NCBI GenBank assembly: GCA_049724395.1
Contig: JAUGWO010000144.1
Span: 1-64,000, forward strand
DNA length: 64,000 nucleotides
Origin: Spongospora subterranea f. sp. subterranea
Taxonomy: Eukaryota
Direction of reading: 5' to 3'
Part shown: in pieces, positions 24,495-38,330 of the stretch
Layout: every line of letters starts with the position of its first letter
Position numbering within the stretch: the first letter of the stretch is position 1
The notes under the pieces: model-generated
The model's database searches: none
What the model was told of the DNA's origin: nothing
Seen by the model: the letters and a program-made list of their open reading frames with translations, nothing else
Program-made: the position numbers and the translations under genes

Positions 24495-26203
24495 TTATAG
24501 CTGTAAAGGATGATGCAATTGACTTTCAGGTTCCTCTGACAGTATCTCGACAGGCAAATTACCGATCAAAACGTCTTTGGTTTGTTTGATCTTGGCCAAA
24601 CATCGTAGCAATAACTGATGGTCACAGTTTTCTCGACTACGATGAGTAAGTTAGAGGCGAAAACCAGACGCAAAAGATTTTACCCTTTCCGAATTTCCTC
24701 TTGCATATTATCAATGAAGATTTGAAGACGTGCCCCAATCTGTTCATTGAAGGTAGGGGCAGATGGCTGATATGCACGTGCAACAATGCGGGTCACGTTA
24801 TTTGCCAAAACCGACGTGATGTTCATTGCCGATAGTGGAGAATATGACATGGGCGATGCAGATCTTGATTCCGGTTTACCAGGAGGAATCGAAGCGGAAC
24901 GCGAGTGTACTAGAACTTGAGCGCACTCTAGAATCGAGCGAGCCCTGAAAACAGATCAAATCAACCAAAGATCAAGCTATCTTTTCCAAAAATCTTGCCT
25001 ATTTAGCAGCGTAAAAATGTCTTGAACAGGAGGATACGTGAGTAAGCATTTGATACAAGCGTTTGTGTCTTCCCTGAGAAGCTCGTTTCGAACCAGTTCA
25101 AGCATTGCGACACAGATGCAATCAACCATAGGAAAGTCAAACGGAACTTCCGCTAAATTGCTGATATCTGGCCGAAAAATGGCATCCCAAACATGTAGGC
25201 TAAAGAACGGTCACCAGGAGGTAAAGTAGCCAAATTTGCAACAGGTTTACATGTTCTCTAAATTGAACTCCCGTGTGAGCAAAAGCCGCAACCATCTTAA
25301 ACCGTAGAGCTGTGGCTGAACATCTAGCTATGGCAATTTAGCTACAGTACTGATGACAACACGGAAATCGGACTTTGAGCAAACGGTTATAGAGTTCCTG
25401 ATCGACTTTCTTCAAAAGAGTATTTTGTACATACACAGACCTAATGAGCAGTAAATTACGAGAAACAGAAACGGTGCATCAACAAAAATACCTGATAACA
25501 ACTGCAGGCGATTGTTCAGACGAAATACCATGTTCGGATATAAAGAGTTTTGACATGCGGACCATTATTTGATCAAAAAGAGCATACGTGTCATGTTCGA
25601 TATATTCAGGATCTGTATCGATGTGAACGACGGTAAACGCGGAACAAAGCGACATTACCCGTTAATTCCTGAAGATCGGGAGAGGAGTGCTGAGATGAAT
25701 GCTCGGAGTCTCTAGTTCGCACAAGAATCAAAGGGGAAAGAAGCTCATTCATTCCTTGTCTATAGGAGACATCAGGATGTCGTCTTGCCCAAACAAACAG
25801 GACAGATTTCATGTGTTTTTGAACAACAGGACTCTGGAAGAAAAAATCGTTGGGGTGTGTCCGGACCAGGTCCATATCAATCACCGATTGAAGATCCGTT
25901 GACTGGAAGAATTGAGACCTAACCAAGATAACCATTAGAAAACTCCAAGAAACGCATTGCAAGCAAACAATACCATGCGCTTCGCTCGTGTAGGGAAAGA
26001 GGATTATTAATTTGAGGATCGTCATCTTGATCCGTAGGAGCTGCCGTACATTCCTGCAGCAGACGAGAATAATTGGACCGCGATTGGCGAGCGGTCGTAA
26101 GCCACTCGGTCTGGTCTTTGGATTGGGAGCCAAGCCAGATTGCCCATTGCAGGGAGCGAGGTAGGGCGTCATCGTTGGCGCCATTCAATCGATAGTGGGT
26201 CAT
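24495..26203 (-). CDS. TBC1D5: TBC-domain Rab GAP, TBC1D5-like
   Basis: INNPLS, IDMDLVRTHP, YRQGMNELL, QLYGLRWLRLLLTREF, VWDAIF, CLLTYPP motifs across exons. Confidence 0.85.
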
Positions 26204-27447
26204 TATGAAGGAGCTAACGTGAGATGATCACCCCAGGAACACTCATAGGGGTGGGGTGACCACAGTCGAGGACGGCACGTGAGCCATGACTCATGACCTC
26301 CGCGTGTGTACTGTAGGTAGGCGGATTCGGAGGCCGAACCAAATCACTTTGTAGTGTATTATTGACTATTGACTGCCAACACGGCTCTGGTGCTTTATCG
26401 CATTCAGAAATCCTTATCTAGACTATTTATTTCCGACCAGAGGGAGCACTTTCTGTCGAATTTCGTTAAAGTTAACCGCCATTTCTGATTTTGCACGCTT
26501 TCGCTGTACAGGATGCGAGGCATTCCATTTCGATCCTTCTGTTATGACGCTTGTTGACACAGTGACGTGTTATGTAGCAACCATGTCCAGTTTCGCTTGC
26601 CTGGCCTTGGATGGGTGATTGCCTACCAAAATGCGTATGCTGGCTCCCTAATTTCGACGGAGAAAAACATAGGCTCGACCCGCGAAATCGCATTTATGCA
26701 ACCTTCACACTTCATGGCAACGCATCAAGAAAATGTAATGTCTCTTAATTTTCCTTTGTCCAATAGAATGCCGTTGATATCCGATACACCCATTATCCAT
26801 GGCTGGAGCATCGATGTCACTCTACGGCCCATTTTACACCTTTCCCATAACTTTAAAGGCAGCCGAGATGAGAAGTGACTTAAATTGCTGCTTCACGAGC
26901 CAGGGATTGGAAACCATCACTGATTATACAAGGCAGGGCCTCATGTTTGTTTGTTGAGATCAAGAAGTAGCGACAGATCCGATGCAGTCATTCACAAGCC
27001 CGTGCCATGATACAATCACTGCAGCATCAAATGGCATTGGAAACGATCATTAGGAGAGATTGTAATGACCTGTTCGTCAGAGTTCGCGCCCCTTCAGCCA
27101 AGTCTGACAAGGGCGACAACAACCACGAAACCACTTTACGTGGCAACGAAAATTATAAACCCAATTGAGTTCTCCACGTTCTACTGGCTTTGTGACAGCA
27201 AAGGGCATCCCGTATGTGATTAATCGGTGATCGACGCTGTACACAGTACACACAAGGGGTTACGGACAAAGTGGGCCAACTGTTGCCCCAATGACAATGT
27301 GTAACACGGATAAATCATTAACACGTTGGGAGCTGGTCTGTCATTTCGTCAATAGATCGGGCTTCTTCTTTATCGAAAGAGTCTTGGTCCCTGGTTCGGC
27401 TTATTGAAAATATCGCTGATCAATACCAAAGGACTCAGTAGGTCAAG

Positions 27448-29374
27448 ATGGAGCCTTTGCGCAACCGGAGGCCCAGTGAACTCCGAGGAGGAATATTGGA
27501 ATCCTATAGTAAACGGGGTTTTTTGGTTTGGGTTAGACGATATTTTAATGGAGGCTTGCGCTCCATCATCGCTCTATCATTACTAACCATTGTTGGCGTT
27601 TTTTTGCTCTGGTAATGAGATTCCAAAATTCTTCTATTTTCATTCAGGATGCTGTCTGCCTTTAGGGGAATGATTAAGATAACCATTTCTGGTTCCAATG
27701 TGCCTGCCGAACCGCCCGTCAATCTGGTAGTCCAGGTACTATTTGCTGTACATAATTTACATCGACATATAATTCGACAAATTTTCGTTCTTGCAGTTTG
27801 CCTTGGATTCTATTCGCAGCATGGGTTCGAGAAACAAGCATCATCTGGTTTTAGTTGCTGTCCTGTCACATATCACAGAAACAGAAAACATTCCTGGGGT
27901 TGAAGGTATATCCTTTCACTTCTGCGTTTGCGTTTGCGTTCACACTGTGCGTCAGATCCAATCAACACCGTCCACGATCTTATTTTGCGGATCTGCAGTA
28001 GTGTAAACAGAGATATTGCATTTGACCATCATATCACTGTTTCCACTGATAGTTCCGGTGTATCTGCTATCACAAAGTAATCCAGTAACTTGAAATGTCA
28101 ACCTTCCTATTTCGAACATTTTATTTATAGGTATACATGTGATTATGGGGTTGAAAGCCCGGGTTATCCAGATGTATATCTTCCTGGATCCACCATGAAT
28201 ACTGGCATTGGATCTTCTCGCCAACTACGGGTTTTGTCTGTGAATACATGGAACTATAATCACTGGATTAAGCGATTACCATTGCTTGCCGAGCAGTTCA
28301 ATACTCTTCTCCCTGATGTCATCACGTTTCAGGAGGTTAAATACTACAATTTCGCATCTTATTTGGCCTGATTTTTCCTAAAGGTCCGAGCTCGCAAAGT
28401 AAGTAATCAGCCAAGGAACCGATTCATGAGTGAGGATTTGCGCTCACTTCTACCCGATATGCAATTTGCGTTCCAGCCGGCGATGCGATTCAAGGATGGA
28501 AATGAAATAGGTCAGCCGCTACCAGAAACTCGCTCCGAATAATCCAATGTGTTCTAAGAGTGATGCCCACAGTTCATGAAGGGTTAGCAATATTTAGTCG
28601 CTTTCCAATTTCACAGATAACCTTTAAGAAGTTATCGCAAAATCATGGAGACGGCGCAGATTTTCATCAAAGGATTGCTCTTCACGCTGCGATACGCTGG
28701 AACGGGGGACTCATGGACGCGTCTACCGTTCATGTTATAACCACTCATCTGTGAGTGCTTAGGCTGTTCCTGCCTTAGCATTTGACAAAATCTGTGCGAT
28801 AGCTCTTTAAGTGAAACAGCACGTGCACGAACGATTCCAGAAGTTTATTCAATGGTCCAGAGTTTATCTGCTGATGTAATTCGCAATACTCTCTCTATTT
28901 TGTGTTTTAATGCGATTGTCAGGGGACACAACCTGTAGTATTGACTGGAGATTTCAATGCCGAATCCGCCGATGTTGAGCATTTACTTCCAAAGATGGTG
29001 GATACCTGGAAAGCAAAGCACTCTGTAATACCTCGTCTACTTTACTGTTATGAACTCCTGTGTTTCTTATTATATTCGGTTTTTGATAGGAAGACGAGCA
29101 TGCGCCGTCAGGGTTAACCTTCAACTCATGGTATCCTGAATCTCGCATTGATTTTATATTCACCACTCCTCGTAAGTCTTTGACTTTCCAGGTTTGATAA
29201 AGTTGACCCGTAAACTTCTCAGAATTATCACCTATATACAGCAGCGTTGTCGGTGGAGGTCCCGGCCAACCCGTTCCTGGTGGCCTCGCCCCTGGATTCG
29301 GGGTCGACTATACACGCAATGTCATATTTCCCTCTGATCACATGTTTCCATTCGCCATTCTTGAAAGAACTTAA
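27448..29374 (+). CDS. Endonuclease/exonuclease/phosphatase (EEP) family protein with N-terminal TM anchor
   Basis: LRVLSVNTWN, PDVITFQEV, GLAIFSRFPI, TTHL, LTGDFNA, SRIDFIF, PSDH; hydrophobic IIALSLLTIVGVFLL near the N-terminus. Confidence 0.85.
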
Positions 29375-29706
29375 CTTCGTACCGCAACACTATTCATATT
29401 TCGATAATAACGAATACATTTCTTCCAGTATACCCAATTTTTGTACCATGCACATAATAAGTGTGTTATTCCTTCGCAGGATGTATTGCATTTGCGTCAT
29501 GACTATAAGCAATCATGATCATGGAAATAATCATGATCCAGAATAGTCATTTGCAAAATTCTCGACATATAAGTCGAATACGTTAAATACACGTCAATTC
29601 GATAAGCCAATGATGTGTATCGTTTAAGCCATAATTTCCCGTAGGGCTTTACACCACGTATATTGTTACATCCGTTGATTGGTCTTGAGGGGCAGTACCT
29701 TAGAGG

Positions 29707-32121
29707 ATGATGATCATTACTCGCTCGGCACGATCGCAGGTACATCTCGCTCGATACATGTCGGCAGCGTCGTCAGCAGCGGCCGTAATGGCGCGCCTTG
29801 GGTTAGTAACCGGCGATCATGTCAATTCTGGCCTCTACAACGGGGAGTGGAGGGAAGGATCCGGGGACATTTTCACGTCGTATAACCCTGCCAATAATAA
29901 GGTTTTCTCGAGCTTTGACGATATAAGTCATCTTTTGAAAGCCACCCAGGTATTAGGGCGAGTAAAAGGCGCGTCGTTAGAGGAATATGATCAAACCGTT
30001 CAACTAATGCAAGATGCACGAGCGGTGTGGACTGAAACCCCAGCTCCATTACGAGGGGAAGGTTTGAGCGATCTTTGGAAAGTATTCTATGTTTACAATT
30101 GCAATGCACTGTAGTTGTGCGACGGATCGGAGATGAACTGCGAAAAAAACGAAATGACCTTGGAGCGCTCGTTTCCCTGGAAACTGGCAAGATTCTTGCG
30201 GAAGGGATTGGGGAAGTGCAGGTAATTTTGTTTTAAACCACAAACGTTTCTCGCTGCATCAAAATCCCTGATTGCACATCCGTTATACTTAGGAAGCAAT
30301 CGACATGTGCGATTTTGCTTGCGGTCTATCTCGAATGTTGAACGGAACAATTATTCCTTCTGAGCGAGCAGGGCATTTTATGATGGAACGATATCATCCG
30401 TTGAATGGTGGCTGCACATCCCCTCGACCGTAATTCCGTGGATTAACCTTTCAACAGGGAACGTTGCCATCATCAGCGCATTCAATTTCCCAGTTGCTGT
30501 TTTTTTCTGGAATGCGACTCTCTCTCTGGTGACGGGAAACTGCCATCTATGGTTGTGTTTTATTTTACAAGATTCTTTTCGTTTCGGAAAAACATTTGTT
30601 GCCTTTTTTTTATATCTTCTTGTCGACCACCGAAGTTATTTCGTGACTCGTGATCTCCAGGAAGCCAGCTGATTCTACAACTCTATGCGCGGTCGCTTCG
30701 GCAAGAATAATTGGCGATGTTCTAACCGAAATGAAACTGCCAACCGCAGTCGCAACTTTGATATGCGGAACTGGCCATACAATCGGTGTTTGCGCAAAAG
30801 CTTCAAAAGTAGCCATAAACTTCGGTCTAAAATTTGTCTTAGGGGATGCGATTGTTTCAGATAGGCGGAACGCTCTCGTCTCCTTCACGGGATCAACGCG
30901 TGTAGGAAAAGGTATCGGCGAGAAGGTGATTTTCCTGCTGTACCAACTTTGAACTTGCGTTTAAAGCTTCTCTTTCAAAAGGTTTCATCACGCTTCGGAA
31001 GAACTATACTTGAATTAGGCGGTAATAACGCTATGGTCATCATGGACGATGCTGATCTTGATATGGCGTTAAACGTAGTTTTTGTTAGTACTGGTATAAC
31101 GTGCATTAATTATGCGAATTGTTTAGGCTGTTGTATTCGCCTCGGTCGGTACTGCGGGCCAGCGTTGCACAACGTTGAGAAGGCTCATTATCCATAAAGA
31201 CGTCTACGACTCGTTTAAATCTCGTCTTGTACTCTCCTTTCAACAAATTGTTCCTTATTACTGAGTCATCATCAGGTCTCTGCTGTGAAGAACGTCAAAA
31301 TCGGGGACCCTCTTGATGCCGATACTCTTTGTGGTCCTCTACACAGCAAAGGTATGGATAGTATTCGCTGTCGCCTTCCCCGATTGACCTTGGACTTACA
31401 GCGGCGCTAAAAGCGTTTCTATCGAGTGTTGAAGAAATAAAGTCAGAGGGAGGGTCAATCATTGCCGGTGGTAATGGTTATCCTAAGCTTGGAGGTTTAT
31501 TTGTCGAACCTACAATCGTTGAAGGGGTAACTTAATCGTGCTAACGAGGATGTCTCATTTCATTTTGATAGCGGTTTTCAGATGGCACCGGACTCTCCAA
31601 TCGTTCAACAAGAGACGTTTGCACCTATCTTATATTTGTTCAAAGTGAATTGGAAGCATCATCCGAACATAGCTTGTTAAAACAACGTCGTAGGTGGATG
31701 ACTTGAATGAGGCTGTTCATGTCAACAACGCTGTTCCTCAAGGATTGTCATCGAGTCTATTTACACGGGATCTTCGAAACCTATTTCGTTGGACTGGTCC
31801 TAACGGCTCGGATTGTGGTACGTTTCATTTCTTTGAAACCTCTTACAAATGAACTCATCAGTATGACGTTAAGGAATTGTCAATGTCAACATTGGTACAA
31901 GCGGAGCCGAAATTGGAGGGGCTTTTGGCGGTGACAAAGAAAGTGGCGGTAGCGCCAGATGAATTCTTGTACTATCACTTTATTGACCGTTTGACTGAAA
32001 AGGTGGCCGTGAAGCTGGATCGGACGTGTGGAAACAATACTGCCGTCGATTGACGTGCACGGTGAATCATTCTGAGTCGTTACCCCTATCCCAAGGCATT
32101 GTTTTTAAAACCCTTCCTTAA
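29707..32121 (+). CDS. ALDH7A1: Aldehyde dehydrogenase family 7 (antiquitin / alpha-aminoadipate semialdehyde dehydrogenase) with likely mitochondrial presequence
   Basis: [63 protein letters not shown]. Confidence 0.93.
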
Positions 32122-32132
32122 TTACAGTAATT

Positions 32133-35100
32133 TTATTGATATAAAGTAACCCATTTCCACGAGACATCAGAGCGCAATAACTGGTTGAATGAGCCAGTAA
32201 CCAAATCAGACATTATTACAACGGCACTCGATTCAATATCTTCCGGATCATTACCGCGATTCAAAAGATCGTCGTAGGATTGGGTGACGACAAACGTCGC
32301 ATTCCGGAAACCGTTGCCCGCGTCTGGACCCATACCAAGATTTGCACTGGAACCCATCAGTTGTCCAAGTGACATTAGATCGATTCGCGATGGATGGTCG
32401 CTCATGGGCACCATTGTGACCGTGACGATAATTTCCACTTTGGCAGACATCATTCGGATTCCGTTGCTTGCCACAAATTCTGACGAAGTTGTTGCACGTT
32501 GCCAGTCGACGATGCGGTCAATGAAAGTCTTCCCAAGGAACGCACCATCTCCATCGACAATTGTTCCTGTTGCTGCAGCTGGGTAGAGGGCAGTGGTGTG
32601 CACTGTTTGCCACTTGTACCATTGATAGTCAACGAACATGTGCAAACTACAGAACAAGTCATATTCGATTACAAAGCCAATTGAAGTGCTGTTCAAGAAA
32701 AATACCTCCAGAAAATAGGCACAAACGCCGCGTCATTGATCACGTTCATGGTGCCTCCAACAGTCGCGTGTGCCTCATTGTGGCAATCCTCTAATGCGGT
32801 GGTGAACGAATTCCATGTCGACTGAATTCTTGCCGACGCCAACTGAAACTGGTTCATCCTAGCTCAGAAATCCCATCCAGATACTCCTACCTTGGTCTTC
32901 ATATCAGCTATGTAGTTCGAAGTTGGGCTTCTAACAGTGGAAGTTCCATCTTGAAGATAGCCAAATCGAAGCGGATTAGGGTAGGTCGTTCCGTTTGATA
33001 CGTAGGTCGGTTCAGTGAATACTGAAGGAATAATATTTGGATCATCGGCAGTAAAGTCCCAGTACGGAATGGCGTTGCACAAGAGTGATTCCATTCGCAA
33101 GAGATACCGTCTATGCCAAGGAAGAAACTGTGGAACGCCATGTGGGCATACCCAACCCGGCCGCGGTTTCGATGTCGAAGCACAGGTATGATCGGCGGCC
33201 AACTGCATGAAGGGCCCTCCGATCCATGGGCATCTGCCTTCTTTCACTTGATAGTTGATCCGGACCGCGTCACGATAGCTTGACAGCTCATCGTCGGAGA
33301 GAGAAAGAATGTTTCGTCGGGCTCCGACAGAGCATTTCGTTGGGGTTGGCCAGGGCAACCGATCTGTCTGTGCTTTAGGAGGGCACACCAAAGGTGTAGG
33401 TTTCGGCGAAGGAGTTGGGGCGGGGGTCGGTTTTGTCGATGGTTTTGTTGACGGTTTTGTTGATGGTTTTGTCGACGGTTTTGTTGACGGTTTTGTGGAT
33501 GGTTTTGTCGACGGTTTTGTTGACGGTTTTGTCGACGGTTTTGTTGTTGACGGTTTTGTTGACGGTTTTGTCGACGGTTTTGTTGACGGTTTTGTTGACG
33601 GTTTTGTCGACGGTTTTGTTGATGGTTTTGTCGACGGTTTTGTTGACGGTTTTGTGGATGGTTTTGTTGACGGTTTTGTTGACGGTTTTGTCGACGGTTT
33701 TGTTGACGGTTTTGTTGACGGTTTTGTCGACGGTTTTGTTGACGGTTTTGTCGACGGTTTTGTTGACGGTTTTGTTGACGGTTTTGTCGATGGTTTTGTT
33801 GACGGTTTTGTTGACGGTTTTGTTGACGGTTTTGTCGATGGTTTTGTTGACGGTTTTGTTGACGGTTTTGTCGATGGTTTTGTTGACGGTTTTGTTGACG
33901 GTTTTGTCGATGGTTTTGTCGGTAGAGTGCATTTGGTCGCTGAACTGTTTTCACAAATCGTAGAGGAACTTGCTGTTGACGGGTTTGTTGACGGTTTTGT
34001 TGACGGTTTTGTTGACGGTTTTGTCGATGGTTTTGTTGACGGTGTTGTTGACGGTTTTGTCGATGATTTTGTCGGTAGAGTGCATTTGGTCGCTGAACTG
34101 TTCCCACAAATCGTAGAGGAACTTGCTGTTGACGGGTTTGTTGACGGTTTTGTCGATTGAGTCGCAGGAGAAGTCGCTGTCGACGGTTTTGTCGTTTCAG
34201 TCGAAGGTTTTGACGGTAGAGTGCATTTGGTAGTTGAACTGTTCCCACAAATCGTAGAGGAACTCGCTGTTGACGGGTTTGTTGACAAAGTCGTAGGAGA
34301 ACTCGCTGTTGTCGCTTTTGTTGACAAAGTCGTAGGAGAACTCGCTGTTGTCGCTTTTGTTGACAAAGTCGTAGGAGAACTCGCTGTTGACGACAATGCC
34401 GGCGATGAAGTTTGTTTGGGATCATTTGGGTCATTCGCTGTATTTCCTGAGGAACTCGATATTCTGGCAGTGCTAGAAATTGGAAACCCAGACGATGACG
34501 GTGTGGACGTGTTCATAGTAGAGGACATGGGTGGCAGCGTTGTCGACATTGTTGTCTGAAATAACGGCACGCTGACAGAGAATGGTGGGGCCGTCATTAG
34601 GAACGACATATTGACTGTGCAAATGGCGTGTGAATTACAGTGAGATCTGCACCTGTCACCACCATAATCCTCAGTCATTACCCACAAAATGTGTTGTTCA
34701 ACACACAAACGCCACCTACATCCCATCGCTATCACAGCAGAACCCCATCTGGCAACCCGATCGCCGGTAATCGGGTCCACAACGCTGATCCACCCTTGGC
34801 CGGCGACTGCATGGATTCCTGACTGGGATCGGGACCGAAGCACACATGGCGTCGCTGCACTCGGTCCGGCACCTGGGACGACCAACCCGATCAGAACCCC
34901 AGTTGTTTTCATTAACAACGTTGATCCTTTCCCACCGTCCGTCGTAATCGCAACATTCGTTAGATGAACACCCCGATCGTCCATAGGTTCTACCACACAT
35001 CTTATCGGCCCTGGGGGTGACGTCGCACGGGCCGGGCGGAGGGCAAATGCTCGTCATCGTGCACGAGAACGTACAGCGCCCATCGCTGGCACAGCATTGC

Positions 35101-35430
35101 CCTTCCGGGCACGATGCGTTGCCGAATAGCGAACCGCAACGGAGATCGTCGCGGATCGCCGTTGTGCATGAGTGCGGTTGGGCGTCGCAAACAGCATCAT
35201 CACAGGTTCGTGAGCACCTGTAAAAAACGCGATCAACCGACCGGACGTTTTGGGAATTTCAGGCGATTCAATGACCGGCCCAGGTCGTCGCAGCAGAGAC
35301 CAATGGGGCAGCTAGCGTTGGAGAACGACGGCCCGCATTGGAGATCGCTCCTGACCGACGTCGTACACAGCGCTAGGGCCCGGGAACCAATGAAAATAAC
35401 TGATAACAGTTCAATCAACACGGTCGACAT
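32133..35430 (-). CDS. Secreted tyrosinase (type-3 copper) with four N-terminal hevein/CBM18-like Cys domains and a long Ser/Thr/Pro/Lys stalk
   Basis: Signal peptide MSTVLIELLSVIFIGSRALA; four C-x8-9-CG-x7-C-x4-CC-x3-G-x-C units; (PSTK)n stalk; RRNILSLS, CuA H..CPHG..FLPWHR, PYWD, CuB EDCHNEAH..AAFVPIFWSLHMFVD. Confidence 0.88.
33429..33920. repeat. 12-bp coding minisatellite GGTTTTGT(C/T)GA(C/T), ~41 units, encoding (PSTK)n on the minus strand
   Basis: Directly visible tandem array; longer Cys-containing and 39-bp higher-order units continue to ~34395. Confidence 0.97.
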
Positions 35431-36012
35431 GAGCGATATCAGGGCTATTGATCGTGTCCAGAAAGATCTCGAGCGTGATTCTCCAAAATATCTCCACCGT
35501 CAAACTATGTCAAATCCCGAAGAGTCCAACAGAAAATATCTGGAGCCGGCTGTTCGATCCCATGCAAATCGTTTCGAATAAAATCGATTTTTTTTACTTT
35601 ATACGTGGAGTCAACGAACATAAAATTTCTATGAATGAACACAACCTCATTTCTGCGTCAAAACTATCTCCAACAGATTGCCGAACAAAACACAATAACA
35701 AACAACAGCCGAAAGTAGTCGAGCGCCTCGTTATCACTACTGGGCCACATATAGATTAGCGGGCGACATTGGTCAACCCCCCAGTGATGAACTGTCCCCG
35801 ATCACACACACACACACGTCACAACACAGGGTCCACTGTCCACTGTTACACAGTGGCCCGTCAGTCGTGACCCCCCACCTTGGCAGAGTGCCAGTGACCG
35901 GGGGGCCAGCACGGCACGGCACGGGGCCCGGCATGCCGACAACCCCTGACTGATGATCGACCGGGAAAATTGACTCGCTGGAGGATTGCGGCTGGGGGGA
36001 CGGACGACGCCG

Positions 36013-38150
36013 ATGTCAATCCTGGAGCCGTGGCGCATCATGTTCCGGATCGGGATCTATCGGACGCGCCATTATTCCACCGCGTCGTCGTCGTCGTCGT
36101 CATCATCATCCGCCGCCGCCACGCAGCGCCTGGTTCCGGCCGTGAATTTCCGCTGCGATCTAGGCGAGACCGTCTACGCGCTCTGCACGGGTTCGCCCAG
36201 GCAGGCATCGGTGGCCGTCTGGCGCCTCAGCGGCGATCGGGTCGGTCAGCTCTTCAGATATATCGCCGGCGTTCGCCCGATATCGCTCACTCCTCGACGA
36301 GCCACATTAGGTTCTACTACCACATATTCGCCCGTTCCCAGCTCGGGTATTGACCCCTCACCTTAGTGTCGTTAACGGATCCGATCAGCAATACGCTGAT
36401 CGATAAAGCCATATGTATCTCGTTCCCGGCCCCGAACTCCTTTACAGGTGAGGACGTGATCGAGTTCCACACTCATTCATCTCCTGCCGTTCTTCAACAT
36501 TTTGTCCACGTTCTTCACCAGTCGAAGATGGTAATCGAACAGTTAATCGGCAGAGTTGGTTGAATGACGGGGAATAAGGTTAGGGAGGCGATGCCTGGAG
36601 AGTTCAGTAGAAGGGCGCTTCATAATGGGAAGATGGATCTGATGCAGATCGAGGCGCTGTCGGATCTGACCAACTCACAGACACTTCAGCAGAAAGGTCG
36701 GTCGTCGTCGCGGTCGTACTCTCCTGTCGGTGTTTTGTTCAATTATCGTTGGGTTAGAGCAGGCCCTATTACAGCTCCAAGGGCACCAATCGGCCATATT
36801 CAAGGGCTGGAGAACAGAGATTCTGGGTCTGATCGCCCATATCGAGGCATTTATTGACTTTGCCGAAGAAGAGGACGACGTTGGTCGCCGTCAGTGATTG
36901 GATAATATCGCCCAATTGATCATCGTAATTAACGGACGCCATCTCAGAATCCATCCTGTCCGATTGTAATTCCAGAATCGATCGGCTGATCGGCGACATC
37001 CGGGCACAGCTTTCCGACGATCGGCGAGGGGAAATTGTTCGCGATGGGTTCGGTCGGTGTTGAATTATCCGTTATTTCAACTTGGAGGAGAGCCTGATCT
37101 GATCGCGACCCACAGAGGTCGCCATCGTTGGCGAATGCAATGTCGGCAAGAGCTCGCTGTTGAACAGTCTAATGCAAAGAGACGTGTCGATTGTGACCCC
37201 GGTACCTGGAACAACAAGGTAAACACACCTCCTCCTCCGACCAACACCGCCGCCGTTCCTTCTGAATTCCCGATGTTGTGTCGTGTTCCTCTCAGGGACG
37301 TGATCGAGCGATCGCTGTCCATCAACGGTGTCTCAATCCTGTTCGCGGACACCGCCGGGTTTAGAGAAACCGACGACGTCATCGAAGGTGAATTCGCGGA
37401 ATTGTCGAACAATATTCTGAACATTGTGCTGAATTCGTTCCGGTCGTTAGTCGAAGGGATTCGCCTGAGCGCGTCGCGATTACATTCGGCTCAGCTGGTG
37501 ATTGTCGTGATGGACGCCACCTCCCCGGCGCTTCGCCATCCCGAGATCGTCGACCTCCTGCGCTCGTCGACCTCGGTCGCCGATCGGCCGATCCTCGCCG
37601 TCAACAAGATCGACCTGATCGACCAATCCAATCTGGACCGTTCGTCACCCGGCCGTTATCGTCGCCCACACGATTGACCATTTCTTAGGGCTCAAGGGCG
37701 ACCTGACCCGCCAATACCCCCAGTTCGATATCGTGTTCATGTCGGTCAAACAGAAGATTAACGCCCGGGCGATTCTCGATGTTATCTCCAAGCGCACGTT
37801 GCCGTTGTTCGTCGATCGGTTCGACATCCCGCCGTCAATATCGCTGACATTCTGTTCAGGGCGGCGTCGCGAGGCGGTTCCGAGGCGTCGGTCGTGACCC
37901 GCGCCCGTCATCGTCAACTAATCACCCAGGCCCTCGACGCATTGACCCGGTTTCGCCAACCGATCCACATCGGACTGGACGCCAGGACCGAGGTGAATCC
38001 CCTGGTCCATTCCTCAATCGCCCGTTGTTCACAATCACACAGGATCTACGAATCGCCGTCCAATGTCTGGGGAAGTTGTCCGCGTTGGGCGATATCCACA
38101 ACGAGGAGATCATCGACGTCATCTTCCGCGATTTCTGTATCGGCAAATAA
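36013..38150 (+). CDS. GTPBP3: Mitochondrial tRNA modification GTPase MnmE/GTPBP3/MSS1
   Basis: [85 protein letters not shown]. Confidence 0.92.
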
Positions 38151-38330
38151 AAACAACAACAATCGATATTTATCATTTCCACCCCCAGTTCCTTCTTCTT
38201 CCCCAATAAAGGTCCTCGTGATCTTTATCGGTCCAGCCGTCGTACACCATTCTCAGACCGTCTCAGTACGCCCCAAACCAGAACAATCGATCCGGGGCCA
38301 TACATACTGTCGTCGGCAACCGCCATCACC

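Noticed and set aside
33244..34559. Long alternative-frame ORFs (VDGF)n, (NRQQ)n, (KTVN)n, (VLLT)n
   Set aside because: By-products of a 12-bp repeat lacking stops in most frames; variation is synonymous in the PSTK frame, which is continuous with the tyrosinase
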